DNA of 64,000 nt from Chloroflexota bacterium (lineage in GTDB: Bacteria > Chloroflexota > UBA11872 > VXOZ01). The stretch spans positions 1,120,001-1,184,000 of the forward strand of contig OY760183.1 in the NCBI GenBank assembly GCA_963663275.1, written 5' to 3'. A model generated the notes under the pieces. It was not told where the DNA came from, ran no database searches, and saw nothing but the letters and a program-made list of their open reading frames with translations. The position numbers and the translations under genes are program-made. Of the stretch, positions 61,937 to 64,000 are shown one piece after another; position 1 is the stretch's first letter, and every line of letters starts with the position of its first letter.

Positions 61937-62152
61937 TTAGCCCGCCTTGATGCTGTGTAAGGGCAGAGCCTCGGTCTCCAGCGTAGACAGGTCAAGGCGT
62001 TGCGATGCCCGGTCAATATCGAATCCAACCACCTCACCGTCGACATCGATGTCGACGTTCAGCCCTTCAGTGACCTCCAGTGTTTCCGCCCCCGGTCCAG
62101 GCTTGAACTCGACGTAGAGGCTGTCGGTCTCCGGGTAGTAGTGTAGCTTCAT
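61937..62152 (-). CDS. DUF2283-like antitoxin
   Basis: MKLHYYPETDSLYVEF...NVDID..GEVVGFDI; ATGA overlap with the upstream gene. Confidence 0.85.
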   Translation of the reverse strand: MKLHYYPETDSLYVEFKPGPGAETLEVTEGLNVDIDVDGEVVGFDIDRASQRLDLSTLETEALPLHSIKAG

Positions 62153-62403
62153 GGGTGGTCCTCCTTGCGAAAGCGCCTATCGAAGAATGCGTTGTGAATA
62201 GTCTCACCGTCTGCCAGCGTTACGACACGCAGATAGCGGGAATCGGTTTCCCCTGGCGCCGTTATCTTTCCCCAAAAGCGTAGACGTCCGTCCGCCTGCT
62301 CCTCTCGATGGAGCGGCGCGGCGACCACCTGAACGCGCCATGCAGGATCGATATACGGCCGCTTGCGGCGTACCTGTTCATTGAAGTAGCGCGTTGTCTT
62401 CAT
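62149..62403 (-). CDS. Small basic putative toxin (DUF4258/RelE-BrnT-like)
   Basis: DGRLRFWG...YLRVVTLADGETIHNAFFDR; coupled to DUF2283. Confidence 0.7.
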   Translation of the reverse strand: MKTTRYFNEQVRRKRPYIDPAWRVQVVAAPLHREEQADGRLRFWGKITAPGETDSRYLRVVTLADGETIHNAFFDRRFRKEDHP

Positions 62404-62541
62404 CGGCGTGTGTCTTTGCGATGCCGTCCTTCGACAGGCCTATAACGCTGCCGTTGCCGGGCGAACATCCGTACTCATAGCGCCGCGCCGGCAAACTTCA
62501 CCCCAAGCGGTACACGGCGCGGGTAAGGAAAAGCAGTCTAT

Positions 62542-62940
62542 TTATCTGCGCGCATCGCTATAGACGCGCAACTCCGTGTGGCGGGCAAGCGCGTCGAAGT
62601 CGGCATCACTATGCAGAATAGGCACACCGGCGCGTATGGCAATGGCGCCGATGAGACAGTCGCTCAGCGCGCGTATGGTTTCCCCCTGCCGGCGGCAGCG
62701 GCGGTATATTGCGGCAGCGTCTTCATAGTCCGCTTCCCGCATGGGTATAGCCACCGCCCGCGCCAGTAGCCGCCGCAGGCTCAGCAGGTGGGCTTCGTCC
62801 CACGCTCCAGCGAGCACCTCCATCCGGACAACGCCGCAGGTGGCAATCTCGCCTGCCAAGAGTTCATCAACCAGCGCGCAGACCGGAGACCCGGTATTCC
62901 GCAGGAATTCGATCCAGGCTGACGTATCGATCAGAATCAC
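62542..62940 (-). CDS. vapC: PIN-domain toxin
   Basis: ILIDTSAWIEF, EVLAG, DCLIGAIA and HSDADFD motifs. Confidence 0.92.
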   Translation of the reverse strand: MILIDTSAWIEFLRNTGSPVCALVDELLAGEIATCGVVRMEVLAGAWDEAHLLSLRRLLARAVAIPMREADYEDAAAIYRRCRRQGETIRALSDCLIGAIAIRAGVPILHSDADFDALARHTELRVYSDARR

Positions 62941-63140
62941 GGTGTGGGGCCGGAACGCATAGTGTCGAGATCACCCTCCCAGCCGCTCCCCCGCAGCGCG
63001 CGCGCCTCTTCCAGGGATGCGGGTTCGGCCGCCAGCGTGCGCAAGGCAAAGTTGACGGCCTCCCGCTGTGTGCCAAGCTCATAGCGCCGCATCACCGCCG
63101 CGCACGCTTCATCGTCGATGTCTATGTCGATGCGTTCCAT
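62937..63140 (-). CDS. vapB: VapB-type antitoxin
   Basis: IDIDDE...REAVNFALR...GWEGDL..MR; GTGA overlap with vapC. Confidence 0.88.
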   Translation of the reverse strand: MERIDIDIDDEACAAVMRRYELGTQREAVNFALRTLAAEPASLEEARALRGSGWEGDLDTMRSGPTP

Positions 63141-63228
63141 ACGTCCACTCTACACCGAGCAACGAAGGAGCGGCAAGGAACTTCCAGCATTCGGAAACCG
63201 GCCAATGGAAAGTCTCACCCACCGTCAC

Positions 63229-63321
63229 CTACGGCCCCATGCGGTACTTGATGTCGTAGTTGATGACGAGCTCTAGCTCCTCTTCCGTGAAGCCGTCGTG
63301 TGGGGCGAGGTGCGGCTAGAT
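63229..63321 (-). pseudogene. C-terminal relic of a large restriction-modification (type IIG/Eco57I-like) methyltransferase
   Basis: Reads I*PHLAPHDGFTEEELELVINYDIKYRMGP*, resembling the ID..LA.HYGFT.EELDFIINYDIKYRMG terminus I recall from such enzymes; in-frame stop, no start. Confidence 0.55.
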
Positions 63322-63445
63322 GCGCTGTTGGTGGGTGGCGCACCTTTTGGCTTCCCCCAAAATCGCGTGTGCTATGCTTAACGTACACTTGTTAAGAGCG
63401 ACCACGCAAAAGAAACTGACGCTGGCACCTCACTAGGGGAGAGCC

Positions 63446-63856
63446 ATGAAGACATACAACCTATTCATCAGCCATTCCTGGCGCTATTCAGACGCATACA
63501 GTCGGCTCATCAGCCTGCTGCGAAACAGAAATTACTTCGCGTTCAAGGACTACTCTGTTCCCCAAGATGACCCGATCCACAACGCGGGCACCGATGCCCA
63601 ACTGCGCGCGGCGATCCGCAACCAAATGTCCCCCTGCCACGTTGTGCTCATTCCGGCCGGGGTCTACGCCACCTACAGCAAGTGGATCAACATTGAGATC
63701 GACTTGGCGACACGGGGATTCTTCAGTCCAAAGCCTATCCTTGCGATAAGACCCTGGGCGAGCGAGCGCACATCAGTACCTGTACAAGAAGCTGCCGATG
63801 AAGTTGTGGGGTGGAACACTGAGAGCGTCGTGAAGGCAATCCGAAGGCTTGCATGA
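63446..63856 (+). CDS. MTH538/ThsB-like TIR-domain protein (DUF1863)
   Basis: YNLFISHSW, FKDYSVP, SKWINIEI (putative catalytic Glu), KPILAI and VGWNTESVV motifs. Confidence 0.88.
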   Translation: MKTYNLFISHSWRYSDAYSRLISLLRNRNYFAFKDYSVPQDDPIHNAGTDAQLRAAIRNQMSPCHVVLIPAGVYATYSKWINIEIDLATRGFFSPKPILAIRPWASERTSVPVQEAADEVVGWNTESVVKAIRRLA

Positions 63857-64000
63857 TGGCGGATTCAGAGCACAATGAGCGCTTGGAGATCTACAAACTC
63901 CACGCCGAACTGGCCGACCGGGTGAGCCAGCGGCGGGAAGGGGCTAATCGCTTGTATGTCAGTCTGCTCGTCGGATTGGTGGTATTCCTCGCTGCGCTGC
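63853..64000 (+). CDS. Small membrane protein coupled to the TIR gene (partial, runs off the window)
   Basis: ATGA overlap; MMADSEHNERLEIYKLHAELADRVSQRREGANRLYVSLLVGLVVFLAAL: amphipathic helix then a TM segment. Confidence 0.7.
   Translation, partial: MMADSEHNERLEIYKLHAELADRVSQRREGANRLYVSLLVGLVVFLAAL

Noticed and set aside
62461-62475. LexA-like box GAAC-ATCC-GTAC upstream of the toxin gene
   Set aside because: Single imperfect match, and no comparable box found upstream of uvrA; too weak to call.
60795-63856. DprA/SLOG-like gene as receptor for the TIR signal
   Set aside because: Genes are ~2 kb apart, divergently oriented and separated by TA modules; no direct evidence of linkage.

Overview
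GC-rich bacterial window. The mix of Tat-lipoprotein solute-binding proteins, eukaryote-like ankyrin/LRR proteins, toxin-antitoxin pairs and dense palindromic repeats resembles sponge-associated Chloroflexota; this is inference, with no marker phylogeny run. Housekeeping genes (purD, pyrG, ubiX, TPP riboswitch-thiG-thiE-thiS-thiO, uvrA, pheS-pheT, a P1B ATPase) alternate with conflict modules (DarTG, Panacea + membrane protein, two AAA-ATPase + putative nuclease pairs, VapBC, DUF2283 pairs, TIR + membrane protein). Four things stand out. (1) A three-unit tandem array of small-protein + retropepsin-protease gene pairs with near-identical outer ends, a divergent core and one decayed protease, i.e. 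a candidate polymorphic protease/partner (TA-like) system. (2) A layered set of palindromic repeats, including a 140-bp MITE and a second MITE with 17-bp TIRs and ~9-bp target duplications inserted into or beside other repeats. (3) The same repeat families amplified in-frame at two loops of UvrA. (4) A consensus promoter, ~200-nt structured leader and terminator upstream of pheS that I cannot assign to a known RNA family. All family names come from motif recognition by eye, not database searches.
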